This document shows, in pieces, positions 11,728 through 23,636 of a stretch of DNA of 64,000 nt. Under the pieces are notes generated by a model. That model ran no database searches and was not told the DNA's origin. It saw only the letters and a list, made by a program, of their open reading frames with translations. Position 1 is the first letter of the stretch, and each line of letters opens with the position of its first letter. This DNA comes from Cyanophora paradoxa CCMP329 (Eukaryota > Plantae > Glaucophyta). The translations under genes and the position numbers were made by a program. The DNA is taken from contig QPMI01000531.1 of assembly GCA_004431415.1 (NCBI GenBank), forward strand, positions 119,844 to 183,843, written 5' to 3'.

Positions 11728-12827
11728 ATGGCTGATCTGCTCAACCGGGTCACTTTCTACAGAACAAACTCTGTGAGCGAGCGAACCCAAAGCCTCTACG
11801 CCCGCTGGGTCGTCCTCTATGAAGGCCATTGCGCGGTTCACTGCATTCCAGCCTGGCCACCAACAGCTTCTGGCGTCGCAACACTGCTGGTGGCTCTTGC
11901 TGATGAAGAGTACGGTCTCTCAGCAATTGACCAGTGTCACTCTGCTCTGCTACATCAGACAAGGCAGAGGATGTTGCCTACTACTGCATTTGCTCACCCC
12001 TTGTGCTGCAAACATTGCAAGGAATCGCCCGACTTTGTGGAAAACCAGCAAAGCAATCTGCATTGGTCACGTCCGTCCACCTGGAGGCGATTGCTCGTAC
12101 CTACGCTCGTTCCCCTCAAACAAGCTCCTTCGCGCCCTTGTGATGTTGCTTACCGGTTTCTTTGGCCTGTTGCGGCGTGGCGAAATCGTGGCACTCCGCG
12201 GCAAGATGTGTCCATCCGCGCGGATCGCGTCGTGCTCTTCATTGCCGGTTCCAAGACCGATCGTCGTCGCCAAGGCGCGCAAGTTGTCTTGGGCGCCGTC
12301 CAGAGTCGGTCATCTGTCCGGTGTTCTGGTTTCGAACCTACTTGCGGACTCTAGCGCTCGCGGATCCGGGCGCACCTCTTTTTGGGCAGCTTCGGGACGC
12401 AGCTCGTTCTCTGTCAGCTCAGACCGTGGCCTATGTTCTCCGGTTCGCATTTGACGCGGCGGGCTTGGACGCCACTGGTATCACACCTCATGGCTTGCGT
12501 CGCGGTGGAGCTACTGCTCTGGCTGCTGCGGGCGTGCCTGAAGAGCTTGTTCAAGCGGTTGGTCGCTGGTCTTTGTTGTCAGCGGTCTACCGACGCTATA
12601 TCGATTCTGCTGAGCGCCCGCCCTTGGCTGCGCTCATGGCTAGGCCTGGTGCTCGTTACGCTGGCCGTCAGCTTCGCTGCAGTCATGTCGGCAGCAAGTC
12701 GCGCGTACTCGGCGCAGTAGTTGATTGTCTCGTCTTAGAGTCTTGCTTCGCAGTTGTGCGCCTTTGCTGTGCTGTCGGCGCTTGTCTCCCTCGCTCACAA
12801 GCGAGGGCAAGCTGTGTAACTTGCTGA
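11728..12827 (+). CDS. Tyrosine recombinase (frameshifted)
   Basis: GLLRRGEI, SKTD, HGLRRGGATA, GRWS...YRRYI catalytic pattern. Confidence 0.92.
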
Positions 12828-13132
12828 GCGGCTTGTTCCCTAGCCGCTCGAGCGGCTTTGCTTAGCCGCTTTCAATGTGTGTTAGCAATGCCCATTGTTT
12901 ACTATGCCTTCAGTCATCTTTAAGCCATTGTTAGTGCCAACCATTGATATCTTTTGATGAATAATTGATCAACAATTGATCACTAATGTTCAATCATTCT
13001 ACGTCCGCAAGACTCACTCTGCAGCGTGCGCTAGCTGATGTCCTCGAGCGCAGTTGCAGCTTGCCCTTCTTGTGAGCGAGCGAGTCATGATCTTAGCTTC
13101 GCGGCTTTGGCAAGCGCGAATCTAGACCTTCA

Positions 13133-13193
13133 CTTCATGACAAGACATGTTGTGCTTAGCTTGCTGTAAGCAAGGCTGCCGTGGCAGCCATAC
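13133..13193 (+). repeat. Split direct repeat B2
   Basis: 61-bp exact copy of 9325-9385. Confidence 0.95.
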
Positions 13194-13306
13194 ATGTCGA
13201 CGTCGGGTTATAAATTAGTGCTATATATATATATATGGATTCTGCCTCTAGCTGCGAGCTGTATACGTAATTCTACTGCCTCCGAGGCTCTAACTATAAT
13301 CGATAT
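13191..13306 (+). repeat. Right copy of flanking direct repeat X
   Basis: Matches 7230-7343. Confidence 0.95.
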
Positions 13307-13621
13307 CCTGTATATAATCTAATTATAAATTATAATGGTGGATCTCGATCTTATCTAATTATCATAGTATAATGGTGGACTCGATCTGGACTCTGCAAAT
13401 CAATTGCAAAGCTGCCATGGCCAGGCTGGCATATTCAATGATATGACAACTTTGAAAATGCAAAGCCCGCCATACGTACTAAGCAGGCGCCGAATATTAA
13501 TGAAAGCCGCGAAGCTGCAAGATATGTGACGTACGGGTTTCTATGATACGTATACATGCACATGTATACGTACACTGAAAATTACAGGGTAAATGTAAAT
13601 AGATCTTGGCGCGAGCAGGAC

Positions 13622-16600
13622 CTAGCTGACGCGCGCGGGCGGCAAGTCATGATCAGCTGCACTGCAGCTGGCCCTTTTAGAAGGCTCAGGCCGACCGGGC
13701 GAACCGAGCCCTGACAGATCTAGAGTCTGCCATGATCTGGATCTAGAGGCTGCAAGGAGGCGCCCTGGCCCCGCGGGGCAGGACTGCGGGACTGGAGTGG
13801 ATCCAGGGCGGCTAGGCCTAGGCCTCCTCGGGGGTGAGCAGGTGGTTGCCCTCGGCGCCGGCGCCGGCGGCGGAGCGGCGGCGGCGGCGCTGCTCGAGGG
13901 CGTGCACGACGCTCTCCGCGAGGCCGGCCACCGCCGAGACCGCCCGCTGCCCCGCCGCCCCGCCCGGCCCCCTCGGCGACCCCGCGCGGGCGAGGGCGAC
14001 CGCGAGCCCTCCAGCAGGTGCGGCCGCCCGGCGGCGGCGCGGGGCGAGGGCGAGGGCCGGCGGTCACGGGGCTCGCGAGCGAACCCGCGCCCGAGTCGCG
14101 GCGGCCGCGGGGCCGGCCCGCGGGGGGCTCGGCCACGCCTCCCGCTCGTCTCCGGCGGCGCGGGCGAGGGTCGGCGAGGAGACGGCGGCCGGCCCCGGCG
14201 CCGGCTCCCGGGGCTCTTGGAGGGCGCGCTGGCGGCGGGGCGGGGGCGGGGCGGGCGGCGAGGCGGGCCCGCGGCGCCGCCGCGGGGCGCGTCTCGCGGC
14301 GCCAGTGGGCGAGGTTCGAGGCGGCGTGGTCCACGAGTGGCTGCGCCGCGGGGAAGCGCGACGCCCACGCCGCGAACCTGCGGCGGCTCAGGGGCCCGGC
14401 CCGGCGGGGAGGAGGGTGCGGGGCGGGGGCCTACAGGGGCGCGGCGAGGAAGGAGACGAAGCCGGCGGTGGCGGTGGAGGGGACGCAGGCGGCGCGGTCG
14501 CAGAAGGGGCTGACGGGGAGGCCGAGGCGCCGCTCCTCGTCGCCCTGCTGGAAGAACTCCTCCGTCACCCGCCCGCTCCACTCCTGCCCCGCGCCGCCCC
14601 GTCACGCCCGCCGCGCCCCGCCGCGCCCCGCCCCCGGGAGCCGGGGCCCCGCACCGTGTGCTGGTAGTAGGGCCGCCCCGCGTTGGAGATGTCGGCGACC
14701 TGGGCGCGGAAGGGGCGTGGGCGCCGCGCCGGCCAGGGGCGGGGCGCGGGGCGGGGCCGGGAGGGGGGGTCACCTTGAGGGCCATCGAGATGAAGAGGGG
14801 CCGGTCGGCGTCGGAGAAGGGGCGCGGGGCAGCGGTCGGGCTCGCCCGCCGCCGCCGCCGCCAGCGCCAGGGCCGTCGCGGCCCCGTACGAGAGCTGCCG
14901 GGGCACACCCTCCGCCTTCGCGCCGGCCCCGGGCCCCTCCTGCCCCTGCTGCCGCCGCTCCCCCTCCTCCAGCGCCAGCGCGATCACGCGCGACTGCGGG
15001 GCGCTCGGCGGGGGCGTGGGCTCGAGAGGGGGAGGGGGGCACGCGTCCACCTTGAACTCGGAGAGCTTCGCGAAGTGGTGCGCCATGTCCGTCGCCAGCT
15101 GCCGGGCCGCCCCGCTCGGCCACAGGCGGGGGGCTGGAGGGCCCGGGGCGGGGCGGGGCGCACGACGGCGGCGACGACGGTGCGGCGGAAGTCGGCGCGG
15201 CGCTCGCGGGAGATGCCGGTGAGGAAGTCCATCGCGGGGTCCCGCAGCAGCGCGAAGGCCCGCGCCAGGCTGTGGTTCTCCTGCGCGCGCCCCCCGCCGT
15301 CACCGGGGCTGCGGGGGGGTGCACGTGGCCCGGGCCGGGCGCAGGGTACCAGGACGGACTGGTCGTTGTAGAGCAGGGCGACCTCCGACTGCGTCGCGAT
15401 CTCGAAGTGGCTGCCCCCGCCTCAGCGAGCGGCCGGCGCGCGCGCTTCTGGGGGGCGGGGGGCGCGGGGGCGCGGGGCGCACTTGTTGCGGCCGCAGTGG
15501 CAGACGTCGTGGATCACAGCGGCGACCTGCGCGCGGCCCCCGGGGTGACCTCCCGGGCGAGGGGAGGGCGGGCGGGGCCCGGGGCGGCGCACGAGGGCGG
15601 CGAGGGCGTCGAGGGAGCGGATGTGGGCCGGAGGCCGCCGGCGTGGACGAGGAAGTGCATCGCCTGCACCACGTCCGCCGCGTGGCTCGACGAGTGGTAC
15701 GGCTGTCGGCGCCCCGCCCCGCCTCAGCCGGGGGCGGGGGCGGGGGCGGGGGGCGAGGGCGGGCGCGCACGACGGCGCGGTACTCGGCCTCGATGGCGGC
15801 GGCGAAGGCGCGGAAGTTGGCGAGGTCGGCCTGGATGGGCTCCAGCAGCCCCGCCCGCCGCGCCAGCTCCGTCCTGCCCGCCCCGCCCCGCTCAGAGAGG
15901 GCCGGGAGGGCGGGGCGGGGGCCCTGGAGCGGACGCGAGGATCTCGAGGGGGCGGCCGCGGGCGGCGCGCTCGAGCTGGATCCCGTCGAAGGCGTCCCAC
16001 TGCGCCCCGCCCGTCGTGAGGGCGCGGGGCGCGGGGCGCGGGCGCGGGGCCGGGGCGGGCCTGCTCGGAGGCGGCGCGCTCGACGGCGTCAGCGAGCTCG
16101 CCGCTGAGGGCCTCCGCCAGCGCCCGCGGCACCGGCCCCGCCCCGCCCCCGCGACTATCGCGCTCGCCCGCGTCCTCGCCCCCAGCCCCGCAAGCCTGCG
16201 GGGGGGGGACTCAGACGGCGGCCGCGCTGGGCGGGGCGGGCCAGGGGCGCGCACCCGCCGGCGAAGCTGGCGGAGCGTCCGTAGGCGGCGGAGGGGTCGG
16301 TGGCCTCGTCGGGGCGACCTGCCCGAGGCACGCTCGGACGAGGGAGGTGCGGCCGGCGCCGGGGCGGGCGGGCCGGGGGCGGGCCCCCGGGCACCTGGAA
16401 GCGGATCCAGTCGCGGAGGAGGGAGGCCTCGTCGGGGTCCTGCTGGAGCTCCCGCTGGAGGCGCGCCCCGAGGGCCTCCAGGCCAGCCCCGGGGCCCGCC
16501 CCTGCGGCCGCGCGCTCGCCGTCCCCAGCAGGTGCCGCACCGCCGTCGCCACCCCCCGCGCGTGCTCCACGCTCCCGTCTGCCGCCGCCGCGCGCGCGAT

Positions 16601-18498
16601 CAGCGGGGCCGGGGCGGGGCCCGGGGGCGGGGGCGGCACCGCGGAGGAGGCCCTCGAAGGTGTCTGAGAGGAGGGCGACGGCGGAGGCGACGGGGGAGGA
16701 GACGTCCAGGGCCGCCACCAGCAGCCGGAACGACTGGCCCCGCCCGAGTCACCGCCGGCGAGGGCTCGGGCCCGGGAGCGCGAGCGCCGGGGTGGCACCT
16801 CGATCTCGGAGGCGAGGTGGGAGTAGGAGGCCCGCACGGAGCGGACCTGCGCCTCCCGCTCCCGCTCCTTCCGGAAGGCCTGCCGCCCCCGCCCCCCCCC
16901 GGCGCTGAGCCCGAGGGGGCGGGGGCCGGCGGGGCGGCGGGGCGGGGCGGACGACGCGGGCGAGGATCTCGTCCTTGGCGGCGGCGGCGGTGGCGAAGAG
17001 GACCGCCGAGAAGCACGCCGGCACCGACGTCGCTGCGCAGCGCTCATGATCAGGCGGGGGCGAGGGCCGGGGCGGCGGGGCGGTGCGGGGGGCGCACCGG
17101 TGGACCAGGCGAGCTGGCGGTGGCCGGCGGCGTGGAAGGCGAGAGCCAGGGCGAGGCAGAGGGCGGCGCCCGTCCCGTTCGCCGCGAGCACGCCGGCCCA
17201 GTGCAGGCCCAGCACCGAGGAGGAGAGCAGCGAGCCGAAGAGGACCCCCACCAGCAGGCTCGTCGCCGAGGCCTGCACCTGCGCGCCCGCGGGTCCCGCC
17301 CGGTCAACGCTTCGACGCGCCGGCTCGCAGCGAGGGGCCGGCGGGGCGGCGCCGGCGGACCCTGCCGCTGGCGAAAGAGGAGGCGTAGATGATCATCATG
17401 GCGAGAGTCGCCGAGACCTGCGGGGGTGGGGCGATCGGCGCTGGAGCGGGCCCTGGGGGAAACGCGGGGCCGGGGCCGGGGCCGGGGGCGGGGGCGGGCG
17501 GGCCTGCCAGTGCCTGCGGAGGAGGGAGCGGGCGGAGGAGGCGAGGCCGAGGGCGAGTGCGACGCAGGCGACGAGGGCGGCGGCGGACGTCGCCCCGACC
17601 TCCGGCCTGCTCTGCGAGAAGGCCGCCTCCACCGTGAAGGCCCCCCGCGAGACCCCCACCCCGTAGATCCCCGCTGCCCCCCGCCCCCGCCCCGCGTGAG
17701 GCCCGGCGAGAAGGGCGGGGGAGGAGGGGGGGGGGGGAGGGGGGGGGGAGGGGGGGGGTTGGGATCAAACCGGAGAAGAGGACGGGTACGAGGCAGAAGA
17801 TGACCGCGAGCCTGCAGGGCATCAGGGGCCGGGGGATGGGGGGGGGGGGGGAGAGAGAGAGAGAGGGGAGAGGGAGAAGGAGGATTGGGGGGCCGGGGGA
17901 AGGGGGTATGGATGGAAGGGGGGCGGACCTGGCGCGGGGAATGCGTCTGAGGAGAGGGGGGCCGAAGTCGAAGTTAGAGGAAGGGAATCAAACTGCGAAT
18001 CGCGGGGGGGAGGGCCGGCGGCCGCTCGGACCTCCTGCGCCAGTCGTCGATGAAGGCGCGTTCGGTGCCCTCGTCCGCGAACTTCTGAGGGACGAGCCTC
18101 CGGACTCGCCAGACCGAGCCCCGCCGGCCCCGCGAGCTCGCGGCCGCGTCCGCGTGCGGATTCGAGGCGCTGCTCCGCTGCGAGGGGGCGCGGGGGCCGG
18201 CCTCCGGATCCCGCTCGCCCGCGCCGAGCGAGGCGCGCTGCGCATGCCCGCGGGCGCTGGCGCCGCGGGGCCACGCGAACGGCCAGCGCCACCTCCTCCG
18301 AGAGCCGCGGCGGCCGCGTTCCTCGGCCAGCGACCCGTCGGCGCTCGGGCAGACGCGGTTGAGGGAGATGGACGAGTGCCGGGAGGAGTCGGCGCTGGAT
18401 GAGACCCCCGCCGCCCCCGAGAACTTGAGAGTGCTGTCCCGGACGACGGCACGCGCCATCGCCAGCTCCACGTGCACGTCGTCTCGCGCCGACTCCAT
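13622..18498 (-). CDS. Class I 3',5'-cyclic nucleotide phosphodiesterase with N-terminal multi-pass membrane region, multi-exon
   Basis: PYHSSSHAADVVQ, AAVIHDVCHCGRN, LYNDQSVL/ENHS, LATDMAHH, ADISN, EEFFQQGDEER; hydrophobic segments at ~17100-17820; both ends approximate. Confidence 0.88.
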
Positions 18499-20439
18499 CG
18501 GCCGCGGATGTGCACGCGACGACCGACGATCGGCTGCAGCTGCAAGATGTTGATCACACACGCGCACGCCGCGCCGCGCTGGACGTGCACGTGCTGCGAT
18601 GCCGCTGGGTGCCCCGGGCCCGGCTCGCTGCGGCGCTGCGCGCGAGGCTGCTCAGCGGCTGCGGCTGCCGCGCGCGGGAATCCGGAACCGTACAACGTTA
18701 ACGAGTACGTATACAGGGCGCACAGGTACGTGCGGCGAGAGCGGCTCCGGGAGTCCGGGGGGCTCGAGGATCTGCTCCGCGGATTGCTGTTCTCAAAGCT
18801 TGGGTCGCCACGCGCCGTGCACGTGAACTTCGAATTCGAGCTTCGTCGTGGAGTCGAGGAAGGCAAGAAGGTCGCCACGCGCGGTGCGCGAAGTCGAGCT
18901 AGTCGCACCGCGCACCGCGGTAGCTCGTGAAAGCGAACGGAAGCAAATCGCTGCTTATGGATATGATGAAGGCCTTACCGGTAGGGCCCCGGGGCCGGCG
19001 GCGCGGGCGCGCTACCGTGTAACACTAAATTAACAGCCCGTTAATTAACAGGTTATAAAATCTGGCCCTCCCTTAATTAGGCGAAATAACAGAGTCCCAA
19101 ATTAACAGATCGTGCAAATTTAGGCTTGTATGAGGCCGTAATTTTGGGGGGTAGATAGCATGAGACGACTGAGAGCAGTGAATTAGCAGAGCTCCAAATT
19201 AACAGACCATGTCAAAATTAACAGAAATCAACAGTCATGAGTCATGCATGACTGATGAATAATGACGCAGGCGCCGGCGAGTCGGAGGCAGTCATTAATG
19301 AGTAATGATGACGCAGGCGAGTCGGGCCTCGACTCGGCGACTTTTGGGCTGGCCCAGCCCCCCGATTTGTCGGCCAGCCGGGCCAGCCCTTTTCGGCTTC
19401 GTTCGGCGGCCAGCTGCAGCTGGTCGGCGACGCTGGCTGGGGGTCTGGCTCGGGGCTAGAAGTGGGGCTTGAGGTCGTGGCTTGATAAGATCAACTGAGA
19501 ACAATCTTAACAACACAAATAAAACAGTTATAAAAGCGTCTCTAAGACACCGATTTCATCTAACAACGTGGGCTCTGCGGCTGGTCGGCTGGCCAGCTGG
19601 CCGGCCAAGTTTTCAGCTCCTAGCTGGAGGCTGGCCGCCAGCTGGCCGGCCAACTTTTGGCTGGAAGCTGGCGGCCAGCCCCGGGCCGCTGGCTGGGCTT
19701 CGGCGGCTTGGGCTGGCCCGCTGGCCGAAGGGAGGGCAGACTGGCCAGTGCCCTACGTTCTCCGGCCAGTGCCCTACGCCGCCCCCCGGGCGCCGGCGGC
19801 CCGCCGGCGCCGGGCCGGCGCCGGCGCCGGCCCGGCCGGCGGCCGCCCGCCGCGGCGCCGCCGCGCCTCGCGCCGCCAGTGATGCTAAACTTTCACTTTC
19901 CAAACTTTCAACTTGAAAATTTTCATGTAAATTTTCAGTAAATTTTCACCTCCAAAATGAGCAATGACAAGATCCGTGCTCCTGCGGAGCACTAAGTACG
20001 GCGAAGCCTCGCGGACGCTCTCGCGGCTGTCACAGTAGGCCTTGGCAGCCTAGGCCTAGCGCACTGGCCAGCGCGCTGCCCGGCCAAATGGCTGGCTGGA
20101 ATTCGAAGCTGGCGGCCGGGCCATATATATGCATGCTGGCTCGCTAGCTATATATATAGCCAGAGGGCTGGGGGACGAACCTGGCTGGCCAGAGAGGAAT
20201 GTAATGATCGAGGAGCTAGAGGGAATTTATAATTAGGGGAGGAGTTGGACGTACTGGCTTGCTTTTAACTGGTGGAGCATATTGAGAGGAGATTTTATGT
20301 ATTGGCTTGTGCACGTGGGGGGGGTGGGAGCCCGAGGATCCGGAGGGGCGAGGTTCTTGCAGCCAGGCGCATGCGCAGAGCTTGCCAATCGCTTAAAAAG
20401 AATCTCGCATGCATATAGTACCAATGTGCAGGGTTGCGG

Positions 20440-21500
20440 AGGCGAGGGCGCGAGGAAAGACGTGCAGGTCCATGCAGGATCGAATTTTCAGGGTCGGCTG
20501 GATTCTCGCGCCCTGTCGCGTTGTCGGGGGTCGCAAAAAGCTTAACGAAGATGTCAAATTACTATTGTAGCGATGCGCACGCGCGAGGATGCGAGGGCGC
20601 GCGGAAAGGTCTGCAGGTCTGTAGAGGATCGAATTTTCGGGGTGGGCTGGGTCCTCGCGGCCCGGCGCAGCTATAAAGCGTGCGGAAGGCTTCTTCTACA
20701 TCTCAAATGCTTATGCTATTGTTCCGCGCATGCGCCGCGGCATGAGTGCGCGGAAAGATGTCCAGGCCGGTGCAGGATCAAATTTTTGCCGTCGGGTACC
20801 TTCGTGCGCTGTTCGGCATCCGAAAAGCGGATTTCGTGGGTGCGCAGGCCCTGCTATGTCTATGCGCGCCAGTGCGCATCGATTGCGCGCGTCGCGGGAC
20901 CGGGTGGGACCGGCCGGATCAAATTTTCGGCCGACTCTTCGCACTGGAGCGTCGACGGCGCCCGAAATCGAGCTTGCGGCGATGCGCTCGCCCTCGCGCG
21001 TCATTCTGTATCGGTCTGGGGCGTCCCTGGCGCGGTTTCGTCGCGGGACCGCGGAAAGGTCTGCAGGTCTGTAGAGGATCGAATTTTCGGGTCGGCTAGG
21101 TCCTCGCGGCCTGGTGCATTTATAAAGCGTGCGGAAGTCTTCTTGTACATCTTAAATGCTTATGCTATCGTTCCGCGCGTGCGCCGCGGCGCGGGCGCGC
21201 GGAAAGATGTCCGGGCCTGTGCAGGATCGAATTTTTGCTGTCGGGTACCTTCCTGCGCTGTTCGGCCTCTGAAAAGCGGATTTCGGGGGTGCGCAGGCCC
21301 TGCTATTTCTATGCGCGCTCGTACGCATCGTTTGTGCGCTTCGCGGGACCGGCCGGAACCGGCCGGATCAAATTTTCGGGCGACTGTTCGCACTGGAGCG
21401 TCGAGGGCGCCCGAAATCGAGCTTGCGGCGATGCGCTCGCCCTCGCGCGTCATTCTGTATCGCTCTGGGGCGTCCCTGGCGCGATTTCGTCGCGGGACCG
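20440..21500. repeat. Tandem array of ~150-bp monomers forming a ~450-bp higher-order repeat
   Basis: GGATC(G/A)AATTTT anchors at 20477, 20626, 20775, 20916, 21076, 21224, 21365; 20601-21050 closely matches 21051-21500. Confidence 0.9.
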
Positions 21501-22107
21501 GGCGGGACCGGGTCCCACCTTCTGACTCGGACTGCATTTGTCGGAGGTTAAGTACCGGAATTGATCCAGAGGGAAATTCGATTTTCGCGGGACGCCCACG
21601 GGGGAGCGGTCGTCTTAGGGGAGCCAGGACGCTAAAAATGGATCTAGAGAGGTCTGTGGGGGTTCGGGTGGGTGTGTGACTAGCGGCAATCGCGTCCGTG
21701 TCGAGGCAGAATTAATAATTCTGGCTCGAGGGAGTGCGACACGGAAATTATTTAGCAGGGGGGATCTCGAGTGGAAAAAAAGGTTAAAAAAGGAATTTAG
21801 ATCGTCGGTTTTTGGGTTTGAGAAAGAGGCTTCGCCTGAAAACTTTCAATAAATTTGCAAGGGGGGTACCCTTGAAGAGGCCATTCTGGGGGCGTTTCAC
21901 GCCATAAACGAGGGTCAAATCCGTCGAAATACGAGACTATGGAGGCCTGGACACATTCTGGCGGTCTCTGCTGGTGTCAAGAGACCAGAGTATGCATTTC
22001 TCAGGAACCGTACCCCCCTCCTCAACGTGAAAAGAACGGCAAAGATACATCTGCACCTCGTGCACTTGTAATACAAAGGTCGTCAATGACATCCTAACGC
22101 ATATCGC

Positions 22108-22536
22108 TGTTGTGGTCGCTTTGAAGCGCTAGCTTCGTGATCGTGATCGAACTCATGATCAGGGCGTGACTCATTGTAATACAGAATCATGTACCCTTAG
22201 CAAGCGCAGGATCATGTACCCCTAGACAGGGCGGCTAGGGCTAGATGTTCGAGAAGCTTCTAGGGCTAGTTATTCGTGAATATTCCGAGGCTAGCCGCAG
22301 TCGGCCAGCCCCTCGAGAAGCTTCCTAGCCTAGCCTATATAAGCCCTCTTGCAGCCATGTACACGAGTCAGCGTGTGCCTACGAGCCAGGCGTCTGTGCC
22401 TCGGGCTCCTGTGTCTGGGAATCCGACTGTCCAGGTCTGTATCTCTGCGTGTGAGGGCTGGGGCTCAGTCACCAGGGTTCTAGAGTGCTCTAGAGGCTGA
22501 ATATGCCTGGGGGAGAGCCTCATTTAAGATCGAACA
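22108..22536 (+). repeat. 5' LTR
   Basis: tgttgtggtcg...gatcgaaca; contains TATATAA. Confidence 0.97.
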
Positions 22537-22554
22537 TGGGGATCTGCGCGGTTC
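22537..22554 (+). promoter_or_regulatory. Putative primer binding site
   Basis: TGGGGATCTGCGCGGTTC immediately after the 5' LTR; TGG complements tRNA CCA; cognate tRNA not identified. Confidence 0.55.
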
Positions 22555-22603
22555 TGGAACCTTCGCCTGCTTCCAGACGAACCCGGCTCTTGCTCGACCC
22601 CGT

Positions 22604-23520
22604 GTGGCTGACCTTGAGCCATTGTTGCGCATGTACTTGGCGTTCGCCACCCCGTCCTTGCTTCGTACGGCATCTGCGTTCATGGTCCGTCGCCGTACGA
22701 CCCGACCCATGCCCGACCGCGGGGGGGCGCGCCTAGAACGGCCAAACACAAAGATAAGCATCCCACGCATTCTAGAAAGCACGTCGACGTACGCTGGGCT
22801 GCGCGCGTGTCGACGGAGACGCGATAGAATCGTCTCGAACCTGCGAGAACCTGCGCGCGCGCACCTAGAGCGGAACCTGACCACGTCGTCGCGGCGTCGC
22901 GCAGTGTCCAGACCCAGCGTCTGAGCGAGAACACTGCGTTGACCCTCGTGCCCGAGACGCGCATCGAGACCCGCACCGAGACGCGCACCTACGGTCTTTA
23001 CCTCTTCACGCGCGACGGTCCCGGCGCTCCCTTCCAGCCGGCGACCGTCGACGTCAACATCGCGGAGAACATCGGCCCGGCTGTTGCGCACGCCGCCGAC
23101 CAGGTGGCCGCGGCTGCGCAGGAGGAAGCCCGCGTCGAGGAGGACGCGCCCGGCTTCAGCCTCGACCAGCCGTCGCCGGAGCAGCTGAACGGCACTCCGC
23201 ACCCGGCAGCGAACCTCGTTTCCGGGCCTGGCGGCCGCGACCCGCACTCGGCGCCAGCCAGCCCGTACGGCGAGCCCATTCAGGAGGCAGCTCCGACGTT
23301 CCAGCCCGCAGCCGGACCGTCGAAGCCTCACGAGCAGCTGAAGTACGAGCTTTTCGGCACGCCGTCCTCGCAAGCGAGCGAGCACTCGGTCGTGGACCTC
23401 GTCTCGCCAGAGCTCCAGTCAGAACCGCGTTCCCCGGACGCGGACGAGATCGTTGCTTCCTGGAGACAGGAGCAGGCCGCTGAGAAGGAGCGGCGCCAGG
23501 CTAAGCGCCGCCGAGACTAG
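22604..23520 (+). CDS. Extra ORF(s) upstream of gag (ORF0), unknown function
   Basis: Two adjoining open frames (22604-22924, 22939-23520), the second acidic and Pro-rich; possibly one ORF with an indel. Confidence 0.45.
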
Positions 23521-23636
23521 ATAAGACGCAGCTCCGTAGCGGGCGCACTTTCGTGCCCCTCTTTTCGAGCCTCGGCTCGAGCTCGCAGTCAGTTCCAGTT
23601 TCCGATTCAGATATCGATTTAGTTTTTTCTGCAGTC

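Larger units (their letters stand above)
7344..13193 (+). mobile_element. Tyrosine-recombinase retrotransposon (DIRS order, PAT-like, split direct repeats)
   Basis: gag with CCHC, RT, RNase H, methyltransferase and YR domains in order; repeats A (7344-7504), B+A (9325-9545), B (13133-13193). Confidence 0.93.

Noticed and set aside
21861-22018. Possible small MITE with GGGGGGTAC ends
   Set aside because: Inverted similarity is weak and no TSD was found
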